This document shows positions 9,661 through 19,525 of a stretch of DNA of 64,000 nt, piece after piece. Below the pieces are notes generated by a model. The model searched no databases. It had not been told where the DNA came from and worked only from the letters and a program-made list of their open reading frames with translations. The translations under genes were made by a program, and so were the position numbers. Within the stretch, counting starts at the first letter, position 1. Each line of letters begins with the position of its first letter. Source of the DNA: an uncultured virus (IMG/VR IMGVR_UViG_3300031420_000005) (taxonomy: Duplodnaviria; Heunggongvirae; Uroviricota; Caudoviricetes); the IMG/VR virus record IMGVR_UViG_3300031420_000005; one strand, written 5' to 3'.

Positions 9661-10012
9661 CTACAGCACCATCCAGGACGGGGTCCTCGGCGATCCCGCT
9701 GAGCTCAGCGAAGAGTACCATCGGGCCATCGCTGAGGAGCAGGCGGACAGGGAGTTCATGGCTGGACTCATCTGTGGACAGCTCCTCGGCTGTGAGCTCT
9801 CCGATCTCGCCGGGAACTACCGGGAGGACTACCTGAGCCTCGCGGACGAGATCCTGAGCCTGTCTCTGGCTCCCGATGCAGAGCTGGTCGCCGACCTCAT
9901 CTCCCGGGTTCACTACGACAGCCCGCTCTCTGAGCTCCGCGGCTACATCTCCCCGCTGCGAGATCAGCTGATCTCCCTGGCCGAACTCATCCTCCAGAAG
10001 ACAGGAGACTGA
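9653..10012 (+). CDS. hypothetical protein
   Basis: SD GGAGG, start MSSYS. Confidence 0.65.
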   Translation: MSSYSTIQDGVLGDPAELSEEYHRAIAEEQADREFMAGLICGQLLGCELSDLAGNYREDYLSLADEILSLSLAPDAELVADLISRVHYDSPLSELRGYISPLRDQLISLAELILQKTGD

Positions 10013-10015
10013 CCC

Positions 10016-10297
10016 ATGCTCGACTTCAGCAAGGCGCTGGACACGCCAGAGGAAGACTCCGAGGGTTCGCTGCCCCGGAGGCCCGCCATCGAGGCCCTGA
10101 GCAAGGCCGAGAAGATCCAGGTCGCGGGAGAGCTCCTCTCGGGCTTCACGGGTAAGATCAGAAGAGCCCAGGAAGAGGGAGGGATCCCCGAGTTCAGCCG
10201 GGAGGACTTCCTCCGGGACAATGAGCTGGAGATCCTCGAGGTCATGGCCGAGGTGCTCCTCGAGGAGGCTCGGAAGCGCTACGCTCGAGAGCAGTAA
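10016..10297 (+). CDS. hypothetical protein
   Basis: SD AGGAG, codon bias. Confidence 0.7.
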   Translation: MLDFSKALDTPEEDSEGSLPRRPAIEALSKAEKIQVAGELLSGFTGKIRRAQEEGGIPEFSREDFLRDNELEILEVMAEVLLEEARKRYAREQ

Positions 10298-10383
10298 GGA
10301 TCAGGTGATTGACAACTGTCCTCATCCGTGTGAGGATGGCTGTTCACCACCTTTCGTCTTTGGATCTTCAGAAGGAGCATCCC

Positions 10384-10536
10384 ATGGCTAGCACCAACGG
10401 CCGCCTCCGCGGCGCCGTCGCCCTCAGCGACCACCGCAGCCGCAAGGAGCGCAGCGCCGGTCAGGCCCGTGGTCTCGACCGCCGTGAGGCCAAGGCCATC
10501 GTCGCCGCTGAGCGCGAGGTCGCTCGGGTTCGCTGA
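10384..10536 (+). CDS. small Arg-rich protein
   Basis: TTGACA promoter at 10309, SD AAGGAG, 50 aa. Confidence 0.65.
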   Translation: MASTNGRLRGAVALSDHRSRKERSAGQARGLDRREAKAIVAAEREVARVR

Positions 10537-10610
10537 AGCTCTAGTCGGATATCTGTCTGATCGCCACCGATCCACAACTCCACAGTTCTCATCTCAGAAG
10601 GAGAAGCACC

Positions 10611-10886
10611 ATGGGCACACCGAAGGCAACCATCGAGTTCTGGCTCAACCGGGGTAACACGGGCGAGCACAGCCACATGATCGTGGCCACGGACAGCTTC
10701 GACTACGAGGACTACCCGATCTATGTGGACCACGGCGTGGATCCGCAGACTCGGCGACCCACCAACGGTGATCGGGTCATGGAGTGCTACAGCTACGCAC
10801 TTCCCCTGGCCCCTCAGCTCGCCGAGTTCCGGGCCAACCACTGGGAGCTCCCCAAGAATCAGGGACCCCAGGGCGGCGACCTCTGA
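10611..10886 (+). CDS. hypothetical protein, phage-like
   Basis: SD AAGGAG; HMIV..DSFDYEDYPIYV motif recalled from small phage proteins (not searched). Confidence 0.7.
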   Translation: MGTPKATIEFWLNRGNTGEHSHMIVATDSFDYEDYPIYVDHGVDPQTRRPTNGDRVMECYSYALPLAPQLAEFRANHWELPKNQGPQGGDL

Positions 10887-11068
10887 TGGCCGACGGTGTT
10901 CCAGTTCCTGCCACAGATTCCAGCCAGGCTGAGCTCCAGTCCGAGCTCGCTGTGATCGTGGCCTACACGCAGGATGAGTACATCCGGAAGCACGGCACCG
11001 AGCACGGCGTGGCCCAGGAGGTCGCCAAGGCCATCCTGGCCGCCGGCTTCACCAAGAAGGAGAGCTGA
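10886..11068 (+). CDS. hypothetical protein
   Basis: TGATG coupling. Confidence 0.6.
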   Translation: MADGVPVPATDSSQAELQSELAVIVAYTQDEYIRKHGTEHGVAQEVAKAILAAGFTKKES

Positions 11069-11070
11069 CC

Positions 11071-11514
11071 ATGGGCCACAGTGAGCAGGAGACCTCGATC
11101 CCCTTCGATCTCCCTCGTCAGCGCATCGAGGACGACAGCTACATCCCCAGCGACGAGGAGATCCGAGAGATCCATGGGGATGAGAACCGCTGGGCGGAGC
11201 CGGATCTAGCTCTGGCCGCCTTCGAGCGCTGGCTCGACGCCCACGATGAGCGCATCCGCCGGGAAGTACTCGTGGAGCTCGGGGTCCTTCCCGAATCCCT
11301 TCCCGAGACGGTGATGATTCGAGGTCTGGAGCACAGCGTTCGCTACGGCTACGATCTCGAGGATGAAGCTGATCTCGTGAGCATCGAGGTCCTCGACAGC
11401 GCTGGAAACATGGTCTACAGGGCAGTTGAGCCGAGCTGGATCGTCTCCGCCATGTCCATCGCCGAGCACGCGATTCGCCATCCCTATGCCAGCAGGGGCA
11501 TCGATTACAGCTGA
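11071..11514 (+). CDS. hypothetical protein
   Basis: SD AAGGAG, codon bias. Confidence 0.7.
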   Translation: MGHSEQETSIPFDLPRQRIEDDSYIPSDEEIREIHGDENRWAEPDLALAAFERWLDAHDERIRREVLVELGVLPESLPETVMIRGLEHSVRYGYDLEDEADLVSIEVLDSAGNMVYRAVEPSWIVSAMSIAEHAIRHPYASRGIDYS

Positions 11515-11571
11515 ATGCCCTCCTCTGCGTTCGATAGGATAGGGACACAAGCCCAATCCTAGGAGAACAGC

Positions 11572-12207
11572 ATGGCTAGAGATCTCAGCACCCCCGAGGG
11601 ACGCCAGGAGCTCTTCGATGATCGCGGCAAGCCCCTGGTGAAGGTAGAGATCCTCGGGAAGCTCCATCAGCAGGCTGCCTGGGATGACTATGAGGCCGTC
11701 ACCCCCAACCTCCACAGGAGGGACATCCGGCGAGTCGAGCAGCACATCGGCTTCGACGCCGCCTGGGATCTCCTGGCCCCGCTCCTCAACGCTGAGACCG
11801 AGCGAGCCAACCGGGCCGAGGCGAAGCTCCGAGAGCTCGATCCCCCTCGAATCTACCGGGTAGATCTCAAGCCTGACACCACCATGTGGAACGAGGGCTT
11901 CGAGAAGGCCGATGAGCCCTGGCTCCGGATCTACACGGACAACACGGACTGGGTGAATCGTCTGGAAAAGGTCTACTCCGTGGTCGTCCCCGGCGGATCC
12001 CAGATTCCCCAGCTGTTCTTCGTGGAGGCCCTGGAGCTCGCCTCCGACAGGCCCACCCCCACTCAGGCAGAGCTCGACAGCGAGGACGAGGACGCTCAGT
12101 ACGATGGCCGTCAATCCACCCGCTTCTTCGCCCTGGCTCCCGGAACGCCGGCGCAGGACCTCGACCTGGTTCTCGGCCGCAGGCTCGCCGAGTGGGACGG
12201 TATCTGA
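11572..12207 (+). CDS. hypothetical protein
   Basis: SD AGGAG, 211 aa. Confidence 0.75.
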   Translation: MARDLSTPEGRQELFDDRGKPLVKVEILGKLHQQAAWDDYEAVTPNLHRRDIRRVEQHIGFDAAWDLLAPLLNAETERANRAEAKLRELDPPRIYRVDLKPDTTMWNEGFEKADEPWLRIYTDNTDWVNRLEKVYSVVVPGGSQIPQLFFVEALELASDRPTPTQAELDSEDEDAQYDGRQSTRFFALAPGTPAQDLDLVLGRRLAEWDGI

Positions 12208-12286
12208 GCTCAGCCCTTAGTGGTTGCGGTTTTGCCTCCTCCCATGTAGGATTGATCGAAGTTCAATCGTAGATAGGAAGCAAGCC

Positions 12287-12586
12287 ATGCCTCAGGAACC
12301 GTTGCCAGAGATCTTCACCGCGGTGGTCTTCGAGCCCTACTCGGAGGAGACTGCCGGCTACCTCATCGTGGACTTCGAGCTGGAGTCGCTGCGAGCAACC
12401 GTCGAGCAGGAGGTTCGAGCGCGGATCGGTGAGGATCTCATCGAGGATGAGGAGCTCGAACTCAGCTGGAGCAATGACTCCTCTTCCGGTTCCTACGGTG
12501 TCGCTGGAGGCAACGGCGAGTACCCCTGGGCCAACCTCTACTACGCGTTCCGCGGCTCGCCCGTGCGCTTCAGCGAGTACGACTGA
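12287..12586 (+). CDS. acidic hypothetical protein
   Basis: TTGCGG-17-TAGGAT promoter at 12224, start MPQEP. Confidence 0.7.
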   Translation: MPQEPLPEIFTAVVFEPYSEETAGYLIVDFELESLRATVEQEVRARIGEDLIEDEELELSWSNDSSSGSYGVAGGNGEYPWANLYYAFRGSPVRFSEYD

Positions 12587-12607
12587 ATCCCGAAGGACTG
12601 AGCGCAG

Positions 12608-12766
12608 ATGTCCCTCCTGAGAGCACAGCGAAGCTCGAGCCTCTATCCCGTCGCCAAGGTGCTGGCGGGCTCTGAGGTCATTCGCTTCGTCTGGGGCTTC
12701 ACCAAGAACCACGCATTCCGCCGGGCTCGCCACTGGGTGGCCCGGAAGCAGAAGAAGGAGAGCTGA
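12608..12766 (+). CDS. small basic protein
   Basis: Hand translation of 52 aa, SD AAGGA, fills the intergenic gap. Confidence 0.5.
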   Translation: MSLLRAQRSSSLYPVAKVLAGSEVIRFVWGFTKNHAFRRARHWVARKQKKES

Positions 12767-12770
12767 GCCC

Positions 12771-13886
12771 ATGGCCAAGAAGACCGTAGAGGAGCTCGCC
12801 CGAGGCCTCGTCAACATCCTTCAGGAAGAGGGTGGAGTCGCCTGGCGGGACAAGCTCATCTACCGGCTCCAGGACAGCGAGCAGGTGGTTCGCAACGAGG
12901 CCTTCTACGCGCTGACCTACGCGCGCTCCGAGGGACTCATCGAGCATGTCCACAACGAGCAGTGGTATCCCGCCACCATGCGACTGCCGGGCGAGGCTCG
13001 CTCCAAGCCCGAGGGCCCCCTGGAGGCCGAAGCTGAGGTCGAGGAGGAGCAAGAGCCCACGCCTTTCCAGCTGGGAGTCGCCGAGCTCGTGGCTGAGCGC
13101 CAGGCCGAGCAGGAGGAGATTCGCTCGACCTTCGCAGCTGCTGAGCGCTACCTGCAGTTCCGGGCAGAGCCCTTCCCGGTGCTCGAGCTCATGCGAGCAC
13201 TCCAGGGCACCCTGGGCGTGAACCGGTCCCTGGCCTCCAGCGCTGCGGTTCACCTCGTGGATGCTGGCTTCGCCACCAAGAGCTACACGGACGGGAAGCT
13301 CACTCCGGTGGGCTACATCGACCCCGAGGATGAGGTCTCCGGCTACGGCGAGTACACGGCCGAAGATGAGAACGGTGACAGTGACTCCGCAGTCCAGCGA
13401 GGAAACTCCCTGAGCTGGCTCATGGGCAGCGAAGGGGCTCAGGAACCTGTTTCGACTGCCGAAGAGAAGAACATCCTCAGCAGCTCGCAGGTCAGCTGGC
13501 ACACGCAGGAATGTCCTCAGGATCCCTGCTTCTGCAGCCAGAAGCCTCCGGCCGACGGACCGCCCTGGTGGGTCGAGCGTCCCGACCACATCTCTCAGGA
13601 TCTCCTTCCCGACGAGGACTTCCTCGTCCGGGGCTTCGTTGCCAGTGGCGGTGAGGCGAGCGCCGAACTTCACATCAACGGCACCGATTACATCGCCTCG
13701 CTGATTCCGGGAGACCAGTCGAAGCGTTTTCGCCTTGTGAGCGCGTCCCTGGGCTTCGATGAGCCCTTCTTCGACGAGATCTTCATCTTCACCGAGGATG
13801 AGCTCAACCCAGAGCTTGTTCGGGATTACTTCCGGGACTACAGGCTCGGACAGCTCACTGAGACCGAGCACGGCTGGAAGCGGTGA
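12771..13886 (+). CDS. hypothetical protein
   Basis: SD AAGGAG, 371 aa. Confidence 0.8.
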   Translation: MAKKTVEELARGLVNILQEEGGVAWRDKLIYRLQDSEQVVRNEAFYALTYARSEGLIEHVHNEQWYPATMRLPGEARSKPEGPLEAEAEVEEEQEPTPFQLGVAELVAERQAEQEEIRSTFAAAERYLQFRAEPFPVLELMRALQGTLGVNRSLASSAAVHLVDAGFATKSYTDGKLTPVGYIDPEDEVSGYGEYTAEDENGDSDSAVQRGNSLSWLMGSEGAQEPVSTAEEKNILSSSQVSWHTQECPQDPCFCSQKPPADGPPWWVERPDHISQDLLPDEDFLVRGFVASGGEASAELHINGTDYIASLIPGDQSKRFRLVSASLGFDEPFFDEIFIFTEDELNPELVRDYFRDYRLGQLTETEHGWKR

Positions 13887-14077
13887 GCACCGTGGCCAAC
13901 GGCAGCGAACGGGAGAAGGTGAGTGAGGCCATCGTGGCCTTCATCGAGTCCCTGCGGGCTGAGCGCAGGCTCTATCCGGAGCTCTATGCTGAGCGACTCG
14001 CTCAGTTCCTTGAGGAGGTCCGCGAGGAAGGACTTCCTGGTCCCCTGAAGCGTCTCCAGAAGGAGCTTCCCCGATGA
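13883..14077 (+). CDS. hypothetical protein
   Basis: GTGA coupling. Confidence 0.55.
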   Translation: MSTVANGSEREKVSEAIVAFIESLRAERRLYPELYAERLAQFLEEVREEGLPGPLKRLQKELPR

Positions 14078-14490
14078 GCGACGAACGATTGGAAGGTAGC
14101 ACCATGGCCACAGCTGAGAGCACGCTCGTCAGCCTGGGCGACCAGGCAGAGAGCTGCGATGTCTACGGCTGCACCCTGGCCGTCGAGGAGCACACTCCCC
14201 TGGAGGAAGGTGTCGAGGAGACCTGGCACTTCAACGAGGTCGACCGGGTCCACTGGCCCGTGCTCACCGAAGAGGCTGAGGCCAACCGGGTTGCCCTGGA
14301 GGAGTTCGAGCGCCTGGAGGCACAGCGCCTTGAGGCCACACGGCTGGAGCTGGAGCAGGTCAAGCACCGCATGACTCGACTTCAGCAGCACCGATCCCGC
14401 TGGAGCCTCAGCCTGGAGGATGCGATCTTCATCCATCGCATGATGGGGCAGGCAACTGCTTTCAGTGGTGACTTCAAGCCCGTCGACTGA
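14074..14490 (+). CDS. hypothetical protein
   Basis: ATGA coupling, SD AAGGAG. Confidence 0.7.
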   Translation: MSDERLEGSTMATAESTLVSLGDQAESCDVYGCTLAVEEHTPLEEGVEETWHFNEVDRVHWPVLTEEAEANRVALEEFERLEAQRLEATRLELEQVKHRMTRLQQHRSRWSLSLEDAIFIHRMMGQATAFSGDFKPVD

Positions 14491-14575
14491 AGCTCTAGCC
14501 TCGAGGGCCCGGTTGACAGCCGGACCTCGAGAAGGTAGCATCGGCCTAAATACCAACTAACTCTGGGAGAACCCC

Positions 14576-15484
14576 TTGTCTCGATCCACCCTTGGCCGCG
14601 CCTTCGCGGTCACCATCAGCGCGGCGGCCGCCATGGCCCTCCTCGCTGGATGCACTACCGGTACTGACGGGGGATCCGGAAATCCCGGCATCAAGTCGAA
14701 GCCCAGCGCTTCCGCGAGTGCCACTCCCGACACTCAGAAGGTCACCGGTGACCTGGAGCTCCAGGACTCCAAGATCGAGGACAGCCTCGGCGAGTACACT
14801 CCGGTGAAGCTTCGGGAGGACTCGGACGCACTCAAGATCCCGGAGTCCCTGGTGGACTTCTCCAGCGGCAGCTCCTACTCGAAGGCCAAGGCGGTGGAGG
14901 CAGGCCAGTGGGTTGCTCGCTTCGCCGGCTCTGATCTCATCGATGGCCTGGCCCTCGACACGGGTGAGCCCGGCTGGAACGAGTGGAAGCAGAAGCGAGC
15001 AGATCTCTTCATCAGCGGCTACGGCAAGGAAGCCGTGCTCGGTCCGATCACCGAGGGAGCTGTAGTCGGACAGCGTTCGTTGGTGGTGCTCGCAACCCCG
15101 CTCAACGGGCGATTCCCGCAGATGGTCCGGGACGGTGGACCCCGGGTCATCGGTGGTACGGTGAAGGTCAGCGGGATCAAGAGCTCCGGGGACGGTGGCA
15201 TCGTGGTCACCGGCAAGACCACCGCTTCCTACCGGGTGCTCTCCTCGAAGGCCAAGGAGCTCATGAAGAGCATCTCGCCGAAGAACACCGACGAGATCAT
15301 GGAGCCCTACTACCCGGAGATGTACTCGAAGAAGATCGTTCCCTTCGAGCTCACGGATGACTGGACCTACTCGGTCTACATGGAGGCCGGCGAGTGGAAG
15401 ATCTACCACTACTACACCGACTGGGATGGCGACTTCAAGCACGACCCGAAGGCAAGCAGCACGGCTAAGCCCAAGAGCGAGTAA
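14576..15484 (+). CDS. lipoprotein
   Basis: TTGACA-17-TAGCAT promoter at 14514; lipobox LAGC. Confidence 0.8.
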   Translation: MSRSTLGRAFAVTISAAAAMALLAGCTTGTDGGSGNPGIKSKPSASASATPDTQKVTGDLELQDSKIEDSLGEYTPVKLREDSDALKIPESLVDFSSGSSYSKAKAVEAGQWVARFAGSDLIDGLALDTGEPGWNEWKQKRADLFISGYGKEAVLGPITEGAVVGQRSLVVLATPLNGRFPQMVRDGGPRVIGGTVKVSGIKSSGDGGIVVTGKTTASYRVLSSKAKELMKSISPKNTDEIMEPYYPEMYSKKIVPFELTDDWTYSVYMEAGEWKIYHYYTDWDGDFKHDPKASSTAKPKSE

Positions 15485-15563
15485 GTCTCTCAGCTCAAGT
15501 CCTTCTGAGCCCCATCAACAATTCTATTCCAACCCGCAAAACCCAGAACCCAGAGGAATCCCT

Positions 15564-16052
15564 ATGGCTGACTTCGTACTCATCACGGCAGACTTCTACA
15601 ACGCGCTCGAGGAGATCACCGATCCCCTCGTGGACGCCATCGACTCTCAGCTCGGTGAGGAAGCGGCCATCGAGGAGCCCCGCGACGAGCTCGTGGCCTA
15701 CATCGGATCCCTCTGGCAGGCCATCGAGGCAGTGGGCCACGAGGAGGCAGCTGAGATCCTGGAGCGAGCCTTCCGCTGGGCCATCGATGAGGGGCCCGTG
15801 GAGATCTTCGAGGAGCCCGATGACTTCGAGGACCAGATCCTCGCCCCCGTGGAGCAGGCCACTCAGCTCATGGGTGACTTCCTTGTGCCCGCAGATGAGG
15901 AGGGCTACCTCGACAGCATCGACCTCGGCCGAGTGCAGTCGGAGCAGATCCCGCCCTTCAGCGGCGAGTACCCCTCGGTGGTCTTCCGGGACAGGCGCTA
16001 TGTGTTCGTGGACGAGTTCAGGGATGCCTACGAACCTCAGCTGTCGCTCTGA
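15564..16052 (+). CDS. highly acidic hypothetical protein
   Basis: SD GAGG, start MADFV. Confidence 0.7.
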   Translation: MADFVLITADFYNALEEITDPLVDAIDSQLGEEAAIEEPRDELVAYIGSLWQAIEAVGHEEAAEILERAFRWAIDEGPVEIFEEPDDFEDQILAPVEQATQLMGDFLVPADEEGYLDSIDLGRVQSEQIPPFSGEYPSVVFRDRRYVFVDEFRDAYEPQLSL

Positions 16053-16241
16053 GCACCTCTACGGCGTAGAAACGCCCTAGATCGACCGTAGACTGTTCGC
16101 TCAGGCGCCTAAAGCGTTCCTTCGCACATCCCGACGGCTCTGAGCTCCCAGGCCTTCCTGAGGGCAGCTAGCGAAAAATTGCCGTCAGCCTTCGGCACCA
16201 TGGCTTCAGCACCGCAACTGCACTCAGAGAAGGACACCACC

Positions 16242-16442
16242 ATGGGTAGAGACAACATCGACAACAACTGGCAGGAGACTGCAGGCATGTCCCGGAAGGA
16301 GAAGACCCTCTACGAGGACACCGAGAAGTGGATCGAATACCTCGAGAACGAGGCCCACTGGGCTCGCAGTCTAGAGGAGCGCAAGGCGGTTCTCGAACGG
16401 GCTGAGATTCTCCGAGATCTTCTCAAGGCAGCGAGAAGATAG
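16242..16442 (+). CDS. hypothetical protein
   Basis: SD AAGGA, start MGRDN. Confidence 0.65.
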   Translation: MGRDNIDNNWQETAGMSRKEKTLYEDTEKWIEYLENEAHWARSLEERKAVLERAEILRDLLKAARR

Positions 16443-16444
16443 CC

Positions 16445-16627
16445 ATGTCCGAACAGAAGCCGCGAGGCAGGGCGGGTCGCATCGTCCTAAGCACTCTCCG
16501 AGGGCTGGGTTCGGCTCTACTCTACATCGCTCGAGTCATCGGGACCATGGGTGGAGCCCACAACCACACCGCAGACAGCGACCGGGTGCTCTACGGAAAG
16601 TCAAAGCGAGAGGACTACAGACCATGA
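16445..16627 (+). CDS. hypothetical protein
   Basis: Operonic spacing. Confidence 0.55.
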   Translation: MSEQKPRGRAGRIVLSTLRGLGSALLYIARVIGTMGGAHNHTADSDRVLYGKSKREDYRP

Positions 16628-17079
16628 CCGAGATCCAGGCCATCGAGCTCGTAGGCACCACACAGAAGGAACTCGAGCGCTTCTACGGTGAGCTTCCCGA
16701 AGACTTCGCAGTTGCCTTCAGCTTCAAGTACGATGGAGCTGATTTCTTCGGCGACGAGTCCATCAGTGACATACTCCTCAGAGCATCCTGGGATAATCAG
16801 GGCTTCGAGCAGAGTCTCACCATGGATTTCCAGGAGCTCACGGCAGATCGACTCGGCGACTTCCTTCGAGCTGTTCCCTATCGGGATGTGAGCTTCGAGC
16901 CCCTGGTGCTCATAGACTTCGCTGAGGGAGAGCTTCGAGTTCACCTTCAGTCGGCCCTACTCCGAGTAGGTACCCAGGAACAGATCGACGAGCTCTGGGA
17001 GAGCGGCGGACGAATCGATCCGGATTCCACGCATAGCACAGCTGATAGCATCGATGAGCAGGAAGAGACCCAGCCATGA
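16624..17079 (+). CDS. hypothetical protein, family P2
   Basis: L.A.W....S...D...LT...L..FL..VP motif shared with 17076 and 17932. Confidence 0.7.
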   Translation: MTEIQAIELVGTTQKELERFYGELPEDFAVAFSFKYDGADFFGDESISDILLRASWDNQGFEQSLTMDFQELTADRLGDFLRAVPYRDVSFEPLVLIDFAEGELRVHLQSALLRVGTQEQIDELWESGGRIDPDSTHSTADSIDEQEETQP

Positions 17080-17645
17080 CCAATAGGATCAGCCTTCAAC
17101 TCATGGGCGTTGCTCGATACCAGCTCGAAGAGCTCCTTGAGACACTGCCGGACAAGGCCATCTCCGTGAGCTTCGAGAGCCTCTTCCTCGACTCGGAGGC
17201 CCTGAATAGGTTCCCAGGGGCCACCGGTCACAGCGTTGTCCTCGCGTCCCATTGGACGAATAGCCTGGATCACACACTCTCCTTCGACCTCCACGGGCTC
17301 ACTGCCTCCAAGCTCCGCTACTTCCTGGAGGAAGTTCCCGGAACTGCTGAGATCTACCCGCAGCTCATCCTGCAGACAGCAGACGAGCTCTTGGATCTGC
17401 CTCTGAGCTCGGCGAAGCTCATCATCGAGTGGGAAGATCAAGTCGACATCGACGGACCCATCGAGACTCTGGATCTCGAGGAGGAAGAGAACTGGGATGA
17501 GGAGGTCCACCACTGGGTACAGGAGCTCGAAGCTGAGGCCTCTCGCAGCGAGGATCCAGAGCTGCGTGCCTCCCTGAGAAGACAGGTGGGGCTTCTCCTC
17601 GGTCTTTCCGAGTACGCCGCACGCTACGAAGACCTCGACCACTGA
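17076..17645 (+). CDS. hypothetical protein, family P2
   Basis: Coupled paralog of 16624. Confidence 0.7.
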   Translation: MTNRISLQLMGVARYQLEELLETLPDKAISVSFESLFLDSEALNRFPGATGHSVVLASHWTNSLDHTLSFDLHGLTASKLRYFLEEVPGTAEIYPQLILQTADELLDLPLSSAKLIIEWEDQVDIDGPIETLDLEEEENWDEEVHHWVQELEAEASRSEDPELRASLRRQVGLLLGLSEYAARYEDLDH

Positions 17646-17677
17646 GCTAAGTCTACGCACGACTACTAGGGAGACAG

Positions 17678-17878
17678 ATGTTCGTCAAGCAGTGCCCTAA
17701 AACAGCAGCCCACAATTCCCACGAGCATGTTCACCACTGGCCGAAGCTCAAGGAAGAGCCTCTGGGCTGGTTCCCTCCCGGAAGCTACATGGAGACCATC
17801 CCAGAGGAGGGCCACGACGGGACCTACAGATGTCGTGGCATCGAGGCTGAAGACGCCGAGGCCGGCCTAGAGCGGTAG
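17678..17878 (+). CDS. small His/Cys protein
   Basis: SD GGGAG. Confidence 0.55.
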   Translation: MFVKQCPKTAAHNSHEHVHHWPKLKEEPLGWFPPGSYMETIPEEGHDGTYRCRGIEAEDAEAGLER

Positions 17879-17931
17879 GGCTCGTCCCAACACCCCCTCA
17901 ACAGTTCATTGTCAGAACAGGAAACCCAACC

Positions 17932-18339
17932 ATGCAGGTTCAAGTCGTTCTCGATCTCATCGAAGTGCCCCAGGGTGAGCTCTGGGAGTTCGCTCAGGTC
18001 GTACCCAAGAGCTCTCGAATCGAGCTCCACTACGCCTTCGAAGAGGGCTACCGCTGGAACTCCGACTGGGAAGTTCAGGAGATCGAGCTCCTTGCCCAGT
18101 GGAGCGAGGCCCCCAACCTCGTGAGCAAGAGCGCCACCATCGATCTCCTCGACGGCGACAGGCTCATCGAGGCCATCCGCGCCCTGGTGGATGATACGCC
18201 CGAGAACGCGAGCTTCGAGCCCATCGTTGCTGCCTATGATCCGGAGAACGAGCTACCCCTGGAGAGGCTCAGTCCCCGCCACTGCCTGCTGAAGGCATCC
18301 TGGGAGCAGGATCCCACAGTGCCTCTCCTCGAGCTCTAG
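17932..18339 (+). CDS. hypothetical protein, family P2 (divergent)
   Basis: LLAQW...D.L...P..ASFEPIV resembles 16624. Confidence 0.65.
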   Translation: MQVQVVLDLIEVPQGELWEFAQVVPKSSRIELHYAFEEGYRWNSDWEVQEIELLAQWSEAPNLVSKSATIDLLDGDRLIEAIRALVDDTPENASFEPIVAAYDPENELPLERLSPRHCLLKASWEQDPTVPLLEL

Positions 18340-18508
18340 GCCTAGGCGGCTCCAGAGTCCCTCGCTCCAGCGGTCCTCCGTTCCTCCCCTCTCCGGGCTG
18401 GGCGGAGGACCGTTCGACTTTGGAGCATCCGTGGTGTACGATTGCAATGAGCAGACCTGTGCGGAACCACCCCGCAGGCTAAGAGACATGAGGAGAGGGA
18501 GCGAGTAG

Positions 18509-19525
18509 ATGATCCTCCTCGACGAACAGCGCCGGGCTGACGCTCTCGAGGGCTCAGGGCTCAGGCTCAACAGCTACAGCACCTCTGCGAGCATCGACTA
18601 CCTCGTCAAGTCCCTCCAGGACATCGCAGTTGGAGACATCCTCTGGGACCAGCAGATCTCCGACCACCTCGTGGTGCAGGAAAGGATCGAGACTCGGGAT
18701 CCCGAGGGTTCCGAGCTCCTCTCCCTGGAGGTCAAGGAGGGCAGCAAGAGCTGGACCTTCCTCGGAGATGAGCGTCGAGTGCTCGAGATCAGCGAAGAGC
18801 TCCGACGCTTCGGGAGCATCGTTGTGCTCAAGGACTCCGACGCACTCCTTCAGCGCCGGCTCGTGGAGCTCCGCCGGGATCACGCTCGGACCTACGACCA
18901 GAACTCCACTGACTCTCACCCTGATTCCCGGGTCCTCGACTTCCTGGCAGACGGGGAGCTCAAGACCGACAGGACCGACTGGGTCTTCAGCTGGAAGAAT
19001 CCTCTGGATCTCAAGCTCGGAGAGCTCGTGCTCACCAACTTTGGCTGGAGACCCGTCAACCGAGTTCCCGGCAAGACGACCATCTTCCCCAGCGACGGTG
19101 CAACCGATGGCTGGTACATGCGTAAGCGAGTGCTCTATAACTTGGAAGCTCATTTCACGGTAGACGGAGCAGCCCGAGTGCCGGTCTGGGGATCTCCCTC
19201 CACCGCCGGCGACAGAGATCCCGAAAAACTCTTCTCTCAGCGCTGGGTCCCGCTCGCAGAGCTGACTCCAGGTGTCCACATCCGCTCCAGCGATGGAAGG
19301 TGGCGAAAGGTGGCCACGGTTTGGCATCCTCAGGTCCGTCGAGGACTCAAGAAGTATCCGGGCCACATGGCCACCGTGAAGTACCCGGGGATCTACGATC
19401 TCCCCATCGACCTAACCCTGAACCCCAACCTCCGAGGCGAGCTCGACAGGGACCCCGAGATCCTCGTCCGCGAAGAGCTCACAGCAGTAGCAGCCCAGGA
19501 GCTGCAGAAGGGAACGAACCCATGA
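18509..19525 (+). CDS. family S1 protein with repeated SH3/KOW-like modules
   Basis: N-terminus MILLDE; three L..GD/E.v...GW..V units. Confidence 0.75.
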   Translation: MILLDEQRRADALEGSGLRLNSYSTSASIDYLVKSLQDIAVGDILWDQQISDHLVVQERIETRDPEGSELLSLEVKEGSKSWTFLGDERRVLEISEELRRFGSIVVLKDSDALLQRRLVELRRDHARTYDQNSTDSHPDSRVLDFLADGELKTDRTDWVFSWKNPLDLKLGELVLTNFGWRPVNRVPGKTTIFPSDGATDGWYMRKRVLYNLEAHFTVDGAARVPVWGSPSTAGDRDPEKLFSQRWVPLAELTPGVHIRSSDGRWRKVATVWHPQVRRGLKKYPGHMATVKYPGIYDLPIDLTLNPNLRGELDRDPEILVREELTAVAAQELQKGTNP